This document shows, piece by piece, positions 1-10,439 of a DNA stretch of 64,000 nt (positions are counted from its first letter, which is position 1; every line of letters starts with the position of its first letter). Both the position numbers and the translations under genes were made by a program. This DNA comes from Gammaproteobacteria bacterium (GTDB taxonomy: Bacteria > Pseudomonadota > Gammaproteobacteria > JAABTG01): NCBI GenBank assembly GCA_034522055.1, contig JAXHLS010000006.1, positions 420,116 through 484,115 of the forward strand. Reading direction: 5' to 3'. The notes under the pieces are model-generated. The model did not search any database and was not told where the DNA came from. It saw only the letters and a program-made list of their open reading frames with translations.

Positions 1-60
1 TTCATGATCCGTTAATATACCCCCGCGATAATGGAGGAAACGCGGAGGAACCGGCATCCC

Positions 61-216
61 ATGGCCATACTGAACATCAAGAACTTCCCCGACGACCTCT
101 ACGAGCGCCTCAAGGAAAAGGCCGCCGGCGAGCGGCGCTCGGTGTCCCAGGAGGTCATCGTCATGCTGGAAGCCATGCTCCGTAACGAAACCTCCGAGCC
201 GCCGCAAACCCGTTGA
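61..216 (+). CDS. Orphan ribbon-helix-helix (Arc/FitA-like) antitoxin; no toxin gene follows
   Basis: ORF 31..216, likely start Met11 ([37 protein letters not shown]), a typical RHH antitoxin N-terminus. rmlA starts 14 nt downstream. Confidence 0.6.
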   Translation: MAILNIKNFPDDLYERLKEKAAGERRSVSQEVIVMLEAMLRNETSEPPQTR

Positions 217-229
217 TTGGCCTGGCATT

Positions 230-1153
230 ATGACCAACACCATCAAGGGCATCATCCTCGCGGGCGGCTCCGGTACGCGGCTCTATCCCCTCACCCGGGC
301 CATGAGCAAGCAGCTCCTGCCCGTGTACGACAAGCCCATGGTCTACTACCCCCTGTCGGTGCTGATGCTCGCCGGCATTCGGGACATCCTCATCATCTCG
401 ACGCCGGAGGACCTGCCGGGCTTCCAGCGCCTGCTCCAGGACGGCAGCCAGGTGGGCCTCAACATCACCTACGCCGAGCAGCCCCGCCCCGAAGGCCTGG
501 CCCAGGCCTTCACCATCGGGCGGGGCTTCATCGGCCATGATCGGGCTAGCCTGATCCTGGGGGATAACATCTTCTACGGCCACGGCCTGACCGACTCCCT
601 GGCCAGCGCCGTGGCCCAGGAGACCGGCGCCACCGTGTTCGCCTACCGCGTGCGCGACCCCGAACGCTACGGCGTGGTGGATTTCGACACCGCAGGCCGC
701 GCCATCGCCATCGAGGAAAAACCCGCCAAACCCCGCAGCAACTACGCGGTTACCGGCCTGTACTTCTACGACAACGACGTCGTGGACATCGCCGCCGGCC
801 TCGAGCCTTCCCCCCGCGGCGAGCTGGAGATAACCGACCTCAACGCCCACTACCTCGGGCAGGGCCGCCTGCACGTGGAGAAGCTCGGGCGCGGCATTGC
901 GTGGCTCGATACCGGCACCCACGAATCCCTGCTCCAGGCCGGCGCCTTCATCGAGACCATCGAGGAGCGCCAGGGCCTCAAGGTGGCCTGCATCGAGGAG
1001 ATCGCCTACCGCATGGGGTACATCGGCGCCGAACAGCTGGCGGCCCTCGCGGACCCCCTCACCAAGAACCAGTACGGCCACTACCTCAAAGACATATTGG
1101 CCGAGGATGGAAGGGCCGAGGATGGCGGGGCCGAGGACGGACACCCTTCATGA
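230..1153 (+). CDS. rmlA: Glucose-1-phosphate thymidylyltransferase RmlA
   Basis: 307-aa [19 protein letters not shown] nucleotidyltransferase signature and RmlA-like sequence throughout. Atypical acidic AEDG-repeat C-terminal tail. Confidence 0.95.
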   Translation: MTNTIKGIILAGGSGTRLYPLTRAMSKQLLPVYDKPMVYYPLSVLMLAGIRDILIISTPEDLPGFQRLLQDGSQVGLNITYAEQPRPEGLAQAFTIGRGFIGHDRASLILGDNIFYGHGLTDSLASAVAQETGATVFAYRVRDPERYGVVDFDTAGRAIAIEEKPAKPRSNYAVTGLYFYDNDVVDIAAGLEPSPRGELEITDLNAHYLGQGRLHVEKLGRGIAWLDTGTHESLLQAGAFIETIEERQGLKVACIEEIAYRMGYIGAEQLAALADPLTKNQYGHYLKDILAEDGRAEDGGAEDGHPS

Positions 1154-1722
1154 AAGCCGCACCCCTGGCCATCCCCGAGGTGCTCCTCATCGAACCGGAC
1201 GTGTTCGGGGACAGCCGCGGCTACTTCCAGGAGACCTGGCACGCGAAGAAATACGCCGAGTTGGGGTTGCCCGCCGACTTCGTCCAGGACAACCACTCCC
1301 GCTCGACCCGCGGTGTCCTGCGCGGCCTCCATTACCAACTGGACCACCCCCAGGGCAAGCTGGTGCGGGTGGTGACGGGCGCGGTGTTCGACGTGGCGGT
1401 CGATATCCGCCGCGGCTCGCCCACCTTCGGCCACTGGGCAGGCGCCGAACTCACCGAAGAGAACTTCCACCAACTGTACGTACCGCCGGGCTTCGCCCAC
1501 GGCTTCTGCGTGCTCTCGGAGACCGCGGACTTCCTTTACAAGTGCACCGACTTCTACGCCCCCGAGAGCGAGCACGGCATCATCTGGAACGACCCCGACA
1601 TCGGCATCCAGTGGCCGGCCCCCGGCGGCGCGGCCGACTTCCGCATCTCCGACAAGGACCGCGCCAACCGCCGGCTCCGCGACATGGTGGACGTCCTGCC
1701 CGCCTACGAGGCCACGCCGTGA
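1150..1722 (+). CDS. rmlC: dTDP-4-dehydrorhamnose 3,5-epimerase RmlC
   Basis: Met84 of ORF 901..1722 ([28 protein letters not shown]...RGLHYQ). ATGA overlap with the rmlA stop. Confidence 0.92.
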   Translation: MKAAPLAIPEVLLIEPDVFGDSRGYFQETWHAKKYAELGLPADFVQDNHSRSTRGVLRGLHYQLDHPQGKLVRVVTGAVFDVAVDIRRGSPTFGHWAGAELTEENFHQLYVPPGFAHGFCVLSETADFLYKCTDFYAPESEHGIIWNDPDIGIQWPAPGGAADFRISDKDRANRRLRDMVDVLPAYEATP

Positions 1723-2741
1723 AGGTGGCCGTCACCGGCGCCGGCGGCCAGCTCGGCACCGATCTCGTCCGCCTGTTGCGCGCCGAGGGCCACGACGTGC
1801 TGCCCCTGCACACCGCCGACATCGACTTCGCCGTCCCCCAGGGCGTGGCGGACGCCATCCGCGCCACGGCGGCCCATTGGGTGGTCAATTGCGCCGCCTA
1901 CACCGCCGTCGACAAGGCCGAGGAAGAGCCCGACCTGGCCCTGCGCATCAACCGCGACAGCGCTGGCGAAGTGGCCCGGGGCGTGGCCGCCGGCGGCGGC
2001 CGGCTGGTCCACATCTCCACGGACTTCATATTCGACGGCACCCAGAGCCGCCCCTATACCGAAGACGAGCCCGCCAACCCCCTCGGTGCCTACGGGCGCA
2101 GCAAATGGGAGGGCGAGCAACAAGTGCGGCGCCACCTCCCCGAGGCCGTCATCCTGCGCACCGCGTGGGTCTATGCCGCCCACGGCCGGAACTTCGCCCG
2201 CACCATCCTGCGCCTGGCCGCCGAGCGCGAGCAGCTCAAGGTGGTGGACGACCAGGTGGGCACCCCCTCCTGGACCGCCGACATCGCCCGCGCCGTCCTC
2301 GCCCTGATGCGCGCCGAGGCCACGGGCACCTACCATTTCACCAACGAGGGCGTGGCCTCCTGGTACGACTTCGCCCAGGCCATCGTGGAAGAGGCCCGCC
2401 CATTGGGCATGGAGCTGGCCCTCCGGGAACTCCTGCCCATCCCCACGGTGGATTACCCCACCCCGGCCACCCGCCCCGCCTACTCGGTCCTCAGCAAACA
2501 GAAGATCCGGCCGCTGTATGGGGAACCCATCCCCCACTGGCGCGACAGCCTGCGGGCAATGCTGAGAGAGCTGATCGAACAGGAAGCTTCTATTCCTCGG
2601 GGACAGGACTATCAGCAAACTTCCCCTCTCCCGCAAGGAAGGGGCTATCAGCAAACATCCCCTCTCCCCCCGGGAGAGGGCCATCACCAAACTTCCCCTC
2701 TCCCCCCGGGAGAGGGCCAGGGTGAGGGGAATCATGCCTAG
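1719..2741 (+). CDS. rmlD: dTDP-4-dehydrorhamnose reductase RmlD with repeat-derived C-terminal extension
   Basis: GTG start ([13 protein letters not shown]...) in ORF 897..2741, GTGA overlap with the rmlC stop. The last ~50 codons read through three REP-like units (QQTSPLPxGxG). Confidence 0.9.
   Translation: MKVAVTGAGGQLGTDLVRLLRAEGHDVLPLHTADIDFAVPQGVADAIRATAAHWVVNCAAYTAVDKAEEEPDLALRINRDSAGEVARGVAAGGGRLVHISTDFIFDGTQSRPYTEDEPANPLGAYGRSKWEGEQQVRRHLPEAVILRTAWVYAAHGRNFARTILRLAAEREQLKVVDDQVGTPSWTADIARAVLALMRAEATGTYHFTNEGVASWYDFAQAIVEEARPLGMELALRELLPIPTVDYPTPATRPAYSVLSKQKIRPLYGEPIPHWRDSLRAMLRELIEQEASIPRGQDYQQTSPLPQGRGYQQTSPLPPGEGHHQTSPLPPGEGQGEGNHA
2609..2730. repeat. Three tandem ~37-bp REP-like units (hairpin CCCCTCTCCC-N4-GGGAGAGGG)
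   Basis: Direct reading of 2609-2718: ctatcagcaaac(t/a)tcccctctccc...gggagaggg repeated three times, then the GGGTGAGGGG tail shared with other REP1 copies. Confidence 0.8.
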
Positions 2742-3798
2742 GAACATCCTCATCACCGGCGGCGCCGGCTTCATCGGCTCCAACTTCGTCCACTACTGGC
2801 TGGCCCACCACCCCGAGGACCGCGTGGTCAACCTGGACCTGCTCACCTACGCCGGCAACCTGGCGAACCTGACCCAGGTGGAAGACCATCCCCATTACCG
2901 CTTCGTCAAGGGCGACATCTGCGACCGCGCCCTGGTGGCGCAGGTCATGGCGGAGGAGAGCATCGATACCGTGGTCAACTTCGCCGCCGAGTCCCACGTC
3001 GACCGTTCCATAACCGGGCCCGAGGAGTTCATCCGCACCAACGTCCACGGCACCTTCACCCTGCTGGACGTGGCCCGTACCCTGTGGGCGGAAGACCCCA
3101 ACTGCCGTTTCCTGCATGTCTCCACCGACGAGGTCTACGGCAGCCTGGGGCCCGACGATCCGCCCTTCACCGAACGCACGCCCTACGCCCCCAACAGCCC
3201 GTACTCCGCCTCCAAGGCGGCTTCGGACCACCTGGTGCGCGCCTACCACCACACCTACGGCCTGCCGGTGGTCACCACCAACTGCTCCAACAACTACGGC
3301 CCCTACCAGTTCCCGGAAAAGCTCATCCCCCTCGTCATCCTCAACGCCCTGGAGGGCAAACCCCTGCCGGTATACGGGGACGGCAAGAACATCCGCGACT
3401 GGCTGTACGTGGAGGACCATTGCAGCGGCATCGACGCCGCGCTGCACCGGGGCCGGGTAGGGGAGACCTACAATATTGGTGGCAACAACGAGATCCACAA
3501 CATCGACATCGTGCGCACCGTATGCCGCCTGCTGGACGACAAGGTGCCCGCCGACCGCCCCCGGGAGGAACTGATTACCTTCGTCAAGGACCGCCCCGGC
3601 CACGACCGCCGCTACGCCATCGACGCCACCAAGACGGCCACCGAGCTGGCCTGGGAACCCGCCCACGGCTTTACCGGAGGCATCGACAAGACCGTGGACT
3701 GGTATTTGGCCCACCGCCCCTGGTGCGAGGCCGTGCGCAACGAGACCTACCAGCGCTATTACGCCCAACAATACGGCGGCGGAGGCAACCCGGCATGA
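2734..3798 (+). CDS. rmlB: dTDP-glucose 4,6-dehydratase RmlB
   Basis: Met5 of ORF 2722..3798. [18 protein letters not shown] Rossmann start, [10 protein letters not shown] (YxxxK) SDR motif, full-length RmlB-like. Confidence 0.95.
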   Translation: MPRNILITGGAGFIGSNFVHYWLAHHPEDRVVNLDLLTYAGNLANLTQVEDHPHYRFVKGDICDRALVAQVMAEESIDTVVNFAAESHVDRSITGPEEFIRTNVHGTFTLLDVARTLWAEDPNCRFLHVSTDEVYGSLGPDDPPFTERTPYAPNSPYSASKAASDHLVRAYHHTYGLPVVTTNCSNNYGPYQFPEKLIPLVILNALEGKPLPVYGDGKNIRDWLYVEDHCSGIDAALHRGRVGETYNIGGNNEIHNIDIVRTVCRLLDDKVPADRPREELITFVKDRPGHDRRYAIDATKTATELAWEPAHGFTGGIDKTVDWYLAHRPWCEAVRNETYQRYYAQQYGGGGNPA

Positions 3799-3825
3799 TC
3801 CAAGCCCCAGCGCCGAAGGGACGCC

Positions 3826-3892
3826 TCCTCCCGCCCTCTCTCGCTAAACCCCCTCTCCCCCTGGGAGAGGGCCGGGGTGAGGGCCCTCCCCC
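3826..3892. repeat. REP1 hairpin element (CCCTCTCCCCCTGGGAGAGGGCCGGGGTGAGGGCCC)
   Basis: Palindromic GC-rich element. The same family recurs at 6495-6668, 24570-24700, 34276-34335, 35964-36023, 37358-37412, 38806-38862 and 43487-43600. Confidence 0.7.
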
Positions 3893-4435
3893 ATGACCAC
3901 GGACGCCCAACAAGCCACCATGGCGGCCCCCCCGGAAACGCCCCAAAAGCCCCGCCGCAACCTCGCCCAGCGCCTGCTTTCCGGCGCCGCCTGGGTCTTC
4001 GCCGCCAAGATCATCGGCGTCACCAGCGGCCTCGCCATCAACGCCTTCCTGGCGCGCATGCTCCCGCCCGAAGAAATGGGGGCCTATTTCCTCATCACCA
4101 GCGTCGTCATGTTCGCAGCCATCGTCGCCCGATTCGGCCTCAAACAGACCGTAGTGCGCCTGGTGGCGGAATCCATGGCTACCGGCCAACCGGGCAGGGC
4201 CCGGGCTACCCTGCGTATCGTCTACGTCATCGTCACCCTGGGCGCCCTCATCGTCGGAGGCGGCTACTACCTGGGTTTTGGCACTTGGCTGGCCGAGGAT
4301 GTCTTCTCCATCCCGGTCCTGGCCAGCGTCACCGGCCTTACTGCCCTGTGGATTGCTGTCTTAGCCTTCCAAACCCCCGTGGCCGAGACCCCCCGCGCTT
4401 GCTTCCCATGCGTTCTGCACCTGACGCGGCGCTGA
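3893..4435 (+). pseudogene. Truncated duplicate of the wzx 5' end (first 166 codons only)
   Basis: Residues 1-166 are near-identical to ORF 6669..8072 (few substitutions). Homology stops after VAET (4390). An unrelated 14-codon tail follows. Confidence 0.85.
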
Positions 4436-4702
4436 ACCCAGAACGGCCAGCGCTTCTAAAGCAACGCCCGGAATCTAGTGGCGACCTGTACGCTTGCGCG
4501 CAGGATTGCCCGCAGTCCAGAGTTGGGGCTGGAAGTCGGCCGGGGCATGAATGAAGGCGGCGTAAGTGGCCTCGATTCGAGCCAGGCGTCGTCAGATGGT
4601 GGCCAAAAATTGCCATCAACCGACACAATAGGGCAGGCTATCCCGAAGCTAGCCGGGCGCAGCACAAGCGCCAATTATGGCGGGCCGGGAATAACCTGAC
4701 CA

Positions 4703-5053
4703 ATGGATAAGGTTGTGATGCTGCCCAATACAGAACTGGCTGTCATCGTCGAAGAAAAAGTCCGTGATTATCTGCTGTCGGATACCCACCCCCTGGGAAG
4801 ATTCAAGGCGGCAATATTCCGTGGCCTTGGTTACCGACAAAGCGAATGGAGCCGTTTGTCAGCTGACTTGAAGGGCTTTTTGTCAAAGGAAGCCAACCCT
4901 CAGGAATCGACCAAGTATGGGCAGAAGTATGAAATTCGGGGTAGGTTAACGGGGCCAAATGGAAAGTCAGTGTACTTGGTAACGGCCTGGATCGTCCTAA
5001 GGGGGGAGGATTTTCCTCGATTTATAACCGCATACCCGGGGGAACGAAAATGA
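4703..5053 (+). CDS. DUF6883-like small protein (putative TA-like pair, member 1)
   Basis: 116 aa. KVRDYLLSDTHPLGRFKAAIFRGLGY matches my recollection of the DUF6883 N-terminal motif. ATGA overlap with the next ORF. Confidence 0.55.
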   Translation: MDKVVMLPNTELAVIVEEKVRDYLLSDTHPLGRFKAAIFRGLGYRQSEWSRLSADLKGFLSKEANPQESTKYGQKYEIRGRLTGPNGKSVYLVTAWIVLRGEDFPRFITAYPGERK

Positions 5054-5280
5054 CCATCAAGGTGCTGGATACCGTCGTATTGAAACGAGATATCGCCGAG
5101 CATCATCTCAAGAGCGGTGATCTTGGCGCAGTAGTGGAAGCTTATGAGCCGGACGGAATCGAAGTCGAGTTCGTTATGGGGACCGGTAAGACCCATGCGT
5201 TAGTGACACTGACGACGAATGATGTACGGTCGCTGTCGGAATCAGATGTTCTATCTGTAAGGTCCGAACACGCTGCCTGA
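5050..5280 (+). CDS. DUF4926-like small protein (pair member 2)
   Basis: 76 aa. IKVLDTVVLKRDIAEHHLKSGDLGAVVEAY..EVEFV...ALVTL resembles the DUF4926 family. Translationally coupled to 4703..5053. Confidence 0.6.
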   Translation: MTIKVLDTVVLKRDIAEHHLKSGDLGAVVEAYEPDGIEVEFVMGTGKTHALVTLTTNDVRSLSESDVLSVRSEHAA

Positions 5281-5557
5281 GAGAAGAATTCCGCAGCATC
5301 CGGCCCTGGCCGGGCATATAGGCCGGGACAACGGCCGCACGTCCGTTTTCGGCATCCCGGACGCGACCATCGACCTCACCGGCCTCCTGTAGCCCCGTAG
5401 GGCAGGTCAAGCGCAGCGGACCTGCCGGCCGCCCGGGCAACCCCCACCGTCCCAACCGGCCAACCCCCGCGCCTGCCCCCCCCAAGCCCCTGCCAGAGCC
5501 CCCTCAATTCAAAATTGCCTCCCCCCCTGCCAACCCCCTCACAAAACCCCACAACAA

Positions 5558-7166
5558 TTCATGATCCGTTAATATACCCCGGCGATAATGGAGGAACTGC
5601 GGAGGAACCGGCGTCCCATGGCTATACTGAACATCAAGAACTTCCCCGACGACCTCTACGAGCGCCTCAAGGAAAAGACCGCCGAGTCCCACGTCGACCG
5701 TTCCATAACCGGGCCCGAGGAGTTCATCCGCACCAACGTCCACGGCACCTTCACCCTGCTGGACGTGGCCCGCACCCTGTGGGCGGAAGACCCCAACTGC
5801 CGTTTCCTCCATGTCTCCACCGACGAGGTCTACGGCAGCCTGGGGCCCGACGATCCGCCCTTCACCGAACGCACGCCCTACGCCCCCAACAGCCCGTACT
5901 CCGCCTCCAAGGCGGCCTCCGACCACCTGGTACGCGCCTACCACCACACCTACGGCCTGCCGGTGGTCACCACCAACTGCTCCAACAACTACGGCCCCTA
6001 CCAGTTCCCGGAAAAGCTTATCCCCCTGGTCATCTTGAACGCTTTGGAGGGCAAACCCCTGCCGGTATACGGGGATGGCAAGAACATCCGCGACTGGCTG
6101 TACGTGGAGGACCATTGCAGCGGCATCGACGCCGCGTTGCACCGGGGTGGGGTAGGGGAGACCTACAACATCGGCGGCAACAACGAGATCCACAACATCG
6201 ACATCGTGCGCACCGTGTGCCGCCTGCTGGACGACAAGGTACCCGCCGACCGCCCCCGGGAGGACCTCATCACCTTCGTCAAGGACCGCCCCGGCCACGA
6301 CCGCCGCTACGCCATCGATGCCACCAGGACGGCCACCGAGCTGGCCTGGGAACCCGCCCACGGCTTCGCCGGGGGCATCGACAAGACCGTGGACTGGTAC
6401 CTGACCCACCGCCCCTGGTGCGAGGCCGTGCGCAACGAGACCTACCAGCGCTATTACGCCCAACAATACGGCGGCGGAGCCAACCCGGCATGAGCCACGC
6501 CCCATCGCCGAACGGAGGCCTCCTCCCGTCCTCTCTCGCTAAACTCCCTCTCCCCCTGGGAGAGGGCCGGGGTGAGGGCCCTTCCCACTTACTCCCCCTC
6601 CCCCTGGGAGAGGCACTATTCTTACTCCCTCTCCCTCTGGGAGAGGGCCGGGGTGAGGGCCCATCCCCATGACCACGGACGCCCAAAAAGCCACCATGGC
6701 GCCCCCCCCGGAAACGCCCCAAAAGCCCCGCCGCAACCTGGCCCAGCGCCTGTTGTCCGGCGCCGCCTGGGCCTTCGGCGCGAAAATCATCGGCGTCACC
6801 AGCGGCCTCGCCATCAACGCCTTCCTGGCGCGCATGCTTCCCACCGATGAAATGGGGGCCTACTTCCTCATCACCAGCGTTGTCATGTTCGCGGCCATCG
6901 TTGCCCGCTTCGGCCTCAAGCAGACCGTAGTGCGCCTGGTGGCGGAATCCATGGCGACCGGCCAACCGGGCAGGGCGCGGGCCACCCTGCGTATCGTCTA
7001 CGTCATCGTCACCCTGGGCGCCCTCATCGTAGGCGGCGGGTACTACCTGGGTTTCGGCACATGGCTGGCCGAGGATGTCTTCTCCATCCCGGTTCTGGCC
7101 AGCGTCACCGGCCTCACCGCCCTGTGGATTGCTGTTTTAGCCTTCCAAACCCCCGTGGCCGAGACC
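5558..7166. repeat. Diverged direct duplicate: copy of 1..~127 fused to a copy of 2989..4390
   Basis: 5558-5680 aligns to window positions 1-123, and 5684-7166 aligns to 2989-4390 (rmlB codon ~90 through wzx codon 166). Scattered substitutions. The REP spacer is 81 bp longer in the second copy. Confidence 0.9.
5588..6493 (+). pseudogene. In-frame chimera: first ~30 codons of the RHH antitoxin fused to RmlB residues ~90-354
   Basis: [30 protein letters not shown]|[16 protein letters not shown]... The junction lies in GCCGCCG microhomology (121-127 / 2983-2991). The Rossmann GxxGxxG part of RmlB is missing. Confidence 0.85.
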
Positions 7167-8072
7167 TTCCGGGGGCTCCACGATATCCGCCTGGCCGTTT
7201 TCCTGGACGGCATCCTGGCCAGCGCGTTGTTGGCGTCAGTCCTCGCTGTTTTCTGGTTCAATGGCCTGAAGGTGGACTTTGCTCAGGCCGTCCTGCTGTC
7301 CTTGGTGATGGCGGGGGTGAGTCTATTGTTCGGGATGCTGTTGTTTCTAAGAAGGGTCCATGTGTTTGAAGGGGAGGGGGATGTTGGAACCAAGGAAGTA
7401 GTGGCAATTTCGAGCCCACTCTTCGTAACCAATATCGCAAATCAAGCGATGACGAACTTCAGCCTATGGATTGCTGGAGCGTATCTTGTCGCCGAAGATG
7501 TAGCGCTGTACGGAGCAGCCTGGAAGTTGGTCGCGCTGGTGTCGCTTCCGTTGCTATTGATGAATATGTCAGTCCAGCCCTTCATTGCGCAACTCTATGT
7601 GACGGACAAAAAAGCACGCCTACAGAATGCGCTGCGGGGAACCGCTACGCTAGCCGGCGTGCCCGCAATGATAGTGCTCATAGCATTCATCTTGGCCGGC
7701 GCGACTATTCTAGAAGTGGTTTACGGTACTCACTATAGAGAAGCCGCGACAGTGCTTACTATTCTAAGCCTAGGCCTAATGGCAAACGTCGCTACTGGTT
7801 CATGCGGGATGGTGCTCGCCCTTACTGGGCACCAAAAAGCGCTGATGCAAGTAACCATTGCCGCAAGCCTGATCTCCGTCTCTCTAACCGTTCTAGGCGC
7901 CCAATATGGCGGGCTAGTTGGGATAGCAAGTGGTGTAGCCGTGGGCCGTGCCTTGCAGAATCTTCTGAACTGGTTAGTTACCCGCCGAAAGACAGGCCTC
8001 TGGACACACGCGACTGTTAGTCCTTCATTTGTTGGCCAAGCATGTAATCGAGTTCTTAGTCGTTCAACTTAA
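6669..8072 (+). CDS. wzx: Wzx-type polysaccharide flippase (MOP superfamily), compositionally mosaic
   Basis: 467-aa polytopic membrane protein, position and hydrophobic pattern typical of O-antigen/EPS flippases. G+C drops from ~67 % (line 6901) to ~50 % (line 7441) inside the gene. Confidence 0.8.
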   Translation: MTTDAQKATMAPPPETPQKPRRNLAQRLLSGAAWAFGAKIIGVTSGLAINAFLARMLPTDEMGAYFLITSVVMFAAIVARFGLKQTVVRLVAESMATGQPGRARATLRIVYVIVTLGALIVGGGYYLGFGTWLAEDVFSIPVLASVTGLTALWIAVLAFQTPVAETFRGLHDIRLAVFLDGILASALLASVLAVFWFNGLKVDFAQAVLLSLVMAGVSLLFGMLLFLRRVHVFEGEGDVGTKEVVAISSPLFVTNIANQAMTNFSLWIAGAYLVAEDVALYGAAWKLVALVSLPLLLMNMSVQPFIAQLYVTDKKARLQNALRGTATLAGVPAMIVLIAFILAGATILEVVYGTHYREAATVLTILSLGLMANVATGSCGMVLALTGHQKALMQVTIAASLISVSLTVLGAQYGGLVGIASGVAVGRALQNLLNWLVTRRKTGLWTHATVSPSFVGQACNRVLSRST

Positions 8073-8124
8073 GAAGATACCTAGGTCTAAAGGCCATTTA
8101 GTGCAACCAAACGAGAGCCATATA

Positions 8125-9039
8125 ATGAGTTCAACCAAACGAGACGTTGAAATTGTAAACTTCCTAGGGATCGGTGCGCCTAAAGCAGGAACCACCTGGT
8201 TATGGAAACAGCTAAATTCCCATCCGCAAATTTGGTTGCCGCCCCGTAAAGAAATACATTATTTTGACAGAAGCACGAAATATCCGACTTCTAGTCACTT
8301 AGCCTCCGATTCCGTGTTAACCCGAGCATTCGGAGTTCAAAAAAATAACCGTGAGTATCGACGACTTTTTTTAAAAGAACTAATAGGAAAATTAAGCAAA
8401 CGAAAGCTTGCGGAGGCGAAATGGACAATAAACTATTTCTCGGGACCTTTCGACGATGAATGGTACCGCTCTCTCTTTTCAATAGGTCAAGGTAAGGTAT
8501 GTGGCGAAATATCTCCCGGGTACTCACTTCTTGACGATCACGATGTCAAGAGAGTAAACGCCCTTCTTCCAAATGCGAAGATAATTTATATTCTTCGCGA
8601 TCCAGTCGAACGAGCCTGGTCCCAAGTAAGATACGAATGGACTAGGGGCCGACGGCAGAACTCCTCAAATGTGGAAGAACTGATTCGCCGGTGTCGCGAG
8701 CATAAAGTTATTGCTCGGGGACGCTATTCTGAAATAATCGCTCGGTGGAGCGGATGCTATACACGAAATCAAGTCTTTGTCGGATTTTTTGATGAGATGA
8801 TAACGGATCCGGCCAGCTTTCTCGAAAAAGTACTAAATTTTTTAGAGGTAAAAGACGGAAAAGAGCGGTATCAATGGCCAAAAGAAGCTCGAAGAGTCAT
8901 CAATGCTTCAAAGCCACAAACTATGCCTGCGGCGCTTAGAAAAGCCCTCTGCGCTGATTATCAAGCAGAATTAGAGTCTTTAGCGCAACAATACGGCGAT
9001 TATCCTAAAGGGTGGTTGGCCCGTTGTCGTATTGCATAA
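8125..9039 (+). CDS. Sulfotransferase 1
   Basis: Met33 of ORF 8029..9039. PAPS-binding 5'-PSB motif GAPKAGTTWL and 3'-PB-like ILRDPVERAWS. Confidence 0.85.
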   Translation: MSSTKRDVEIVNFLGIGAPKAGTTWLWKQLNSHPQIWLPPRKEIHYFDRSTKYPTSSHLASDSVLTRAFGVQKNNREYRRLFLKELIGKLSKRKLAEAKWTINYFSGPFDDEWYRSLFSIGQGKVCGEISPGYSLLDDHDVKRVNALLPNAKIIYILRDPVERAWSQVRYEWTRGRRQNSSNVEELIRRCREHKVIARGRYSEIIARWSGCYTRNQVFVGFFDEMITDPASFLEKVLNFLEVKDGKERYQWPKEARRVINASKPQTMPAALRKALCADYQAELESLAQQYGDYPKGWLARCRIA

Positions 9040-9095
9040 AGTAAAAATAATCGTGAATTAAATTAGATCTAGAAAAACTCTAGGTAAGTAAGGAA

Positions 9096-10361
9096 ATGAC
9101 ACGCACCGAATCTCTTAGCGCTAATAAGTACCAAGCAATTGGTTTCTTGGATTGGCTTTTTTTTATATGGCTGCTGTCTTTACCGTTTCGTACCTTCAGC
9201 TTAGTCGGCGACCTATCGTTAGATAATATGTTGACGCCTTTTCTAATAATAGTATGGCTAACTCGTCATTTATTCCTTCAAGAACCCTTTCGAGCATATT
9301 TAATTCGTTTTTCTATTCCTATTTTCCTTATGCTGGCGTATTTGTCATTAATGCATCTTAGGCCAATGGGAAGTGAGGAGACCGCAGCGGCGCGATTAAT
9401 TGACGAAATAAAAATTCTAACATACTTCCTAATTCCTATTTTCTACGTCACTGACCACGTTAGGTTACAGATTGCCAACGGAACGATTGTGTTTCAGGCA
9501 CTAATTGGAGGCGCGTCTGCTCTAGCTGCTTCATTGGGGTTTATCGAGTTTGCCAACGTAAGATTTGAAGAATCGCGCCTAGGTATTGACGAACTTCCCA
9601 AGGCTATAGGCCTGTATGGGTCATATGGAGACCTCGCGTTACTTTACGGGTACGCGTTAGTCGTCATACTATTTGGACAAGTGCCACGCCTGCTGCCCGC
9701 CGGAAAGGCATTCCTCACTCGGGGAATTCTGAGTATTTCATTAATAATTGGCTGGCTAGGCTCCCAGTCCCGAAATGTTTTGCTTACATCATTGATAGCA
9801 ATAGCCTGTTATTTGATTTTGCGAAGCTTATATCGGCAAGATTCTCACAAAAGAGCCCTCTCAGGGATAATTTTACTATCAGTCGCCTTATTTGGCGTTG
9901 GCGGTATATACTATTTTTCTGAAGCAATCTATGAATTAATCGCGACATTGGGAGGATCCGGCGCCGCTCGCACTGTTCAATCGCGTGTCGATTCATACAC
10001 CGTCGCGCAAGCCTTGATTAAAGACTCACCTATCTTCGGCGTTGGAGTTGCCGAATATCAGCGATATGGTGAAATCCTAGACGGCCTTCATAATATGTGG
10101 CTGTCAATTTGGGCGCTCGGCGGAGTGGGCGCCCCGATCTGTTTGCTATTTCTATTGTTGCTGGGCGCCAAAGTGGCACACCGTTTTGCCATTCTTGAAA
10201 AGTCTAAAGAAGCAATTATGATCGTTGTATTAATTATCTGCATTCTACAGGCAACTCAGTTTTACGTCGCGAAAAATTCACAGGCCCTTTGGGTCATGAT
10301 GGGGGTTTCTATGGTTTACTTCGTATACGGTCGTCGAATGCTGCCTAGACCAACTAGGTAG
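9096..10361 (+). CDS. wzy: Wzy-type polymerase / O-antigen-ligase-family membrane protein
   Basis: 421 aa, many hydrophobic helices, large loop with GLHNMWLSIWALGG (Wzy_C-like H-N-x-W/L motif). Located in a polysaccharide locus. Confidence 0.75.
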   Translation: MTRTESLSANKYQAIGFLDWLFFIWLLSLPFRTFSLVGDLSLDNMLTPFLIIVWLTRHLFLQEPFRAYLIRFSIPIFLMLAYLSLMHLRPMGSEETAAARLIDEIKILTYFLIPIFYVTDHVRLQIANGTIVFQALIGGASALAASLGFIEFANVRFEESRLGIDELPKAIGLYGSYGDLALLYGYALVVILFGQVPRLLPAGKAFLTRGILSISLIIGWLGSQSRNVLLTSLIAIACYLILRSLYRQDSHKRALSGIILLSVALFGVGGIYYFSEAIYELIATLGGSGAARTVQSRVDSYTVAQALIKDSPIFGVGVAEYQRYGEILDGLHNMWLSIWALGGVGAPICLLFLLLLGAKVAHRFAILEKSKEAIMIVVLIICILQATQFYVAKNSQALWVMMGVSMVYFVYGRRMLPRPTR

Positions 10362-10439
10362 CGGCAAGGAATAAATTGTTTTCCCGATTGGCGAAATTAA
10401 AGAAAGGTCGGCAAATTATGTTAACGCGCGCTTTATAAG

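Noticed and set aside
161-1144. Long ORFs antisense to or overlapping the annotated genes (e.g. 161..1144-, 1704..2783-, 2590..3771-, 5504..6505-, 20735..21835-, 25489..26724-, 55276..56271+).
   Set aside because: They are Ala/Gly/Arg/Pro-rich, have no recognisable motifs and mirror well-supported genes on the other strand. This is typical of spurious open frames in high-GC DNA.
2609-2730. Possible CRISPR array from tandem repeats (also 6530-6668 and the GGTTCCGGG 9-mers at 57088-57110).
   Set aside because: The repeats are contiguous or separated by related sequence, not by unique spacers of constant length. The units are palindromic REP-like elements, and no cas genes are present.
4436-4702. 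Possible gene fragment or recombinase remnant between the truncated wzx and the DUF6883-like gene.
   Set aside because: None of the six frames gives a recognisable motif. Only short ORFs with low-complexity composition occur.
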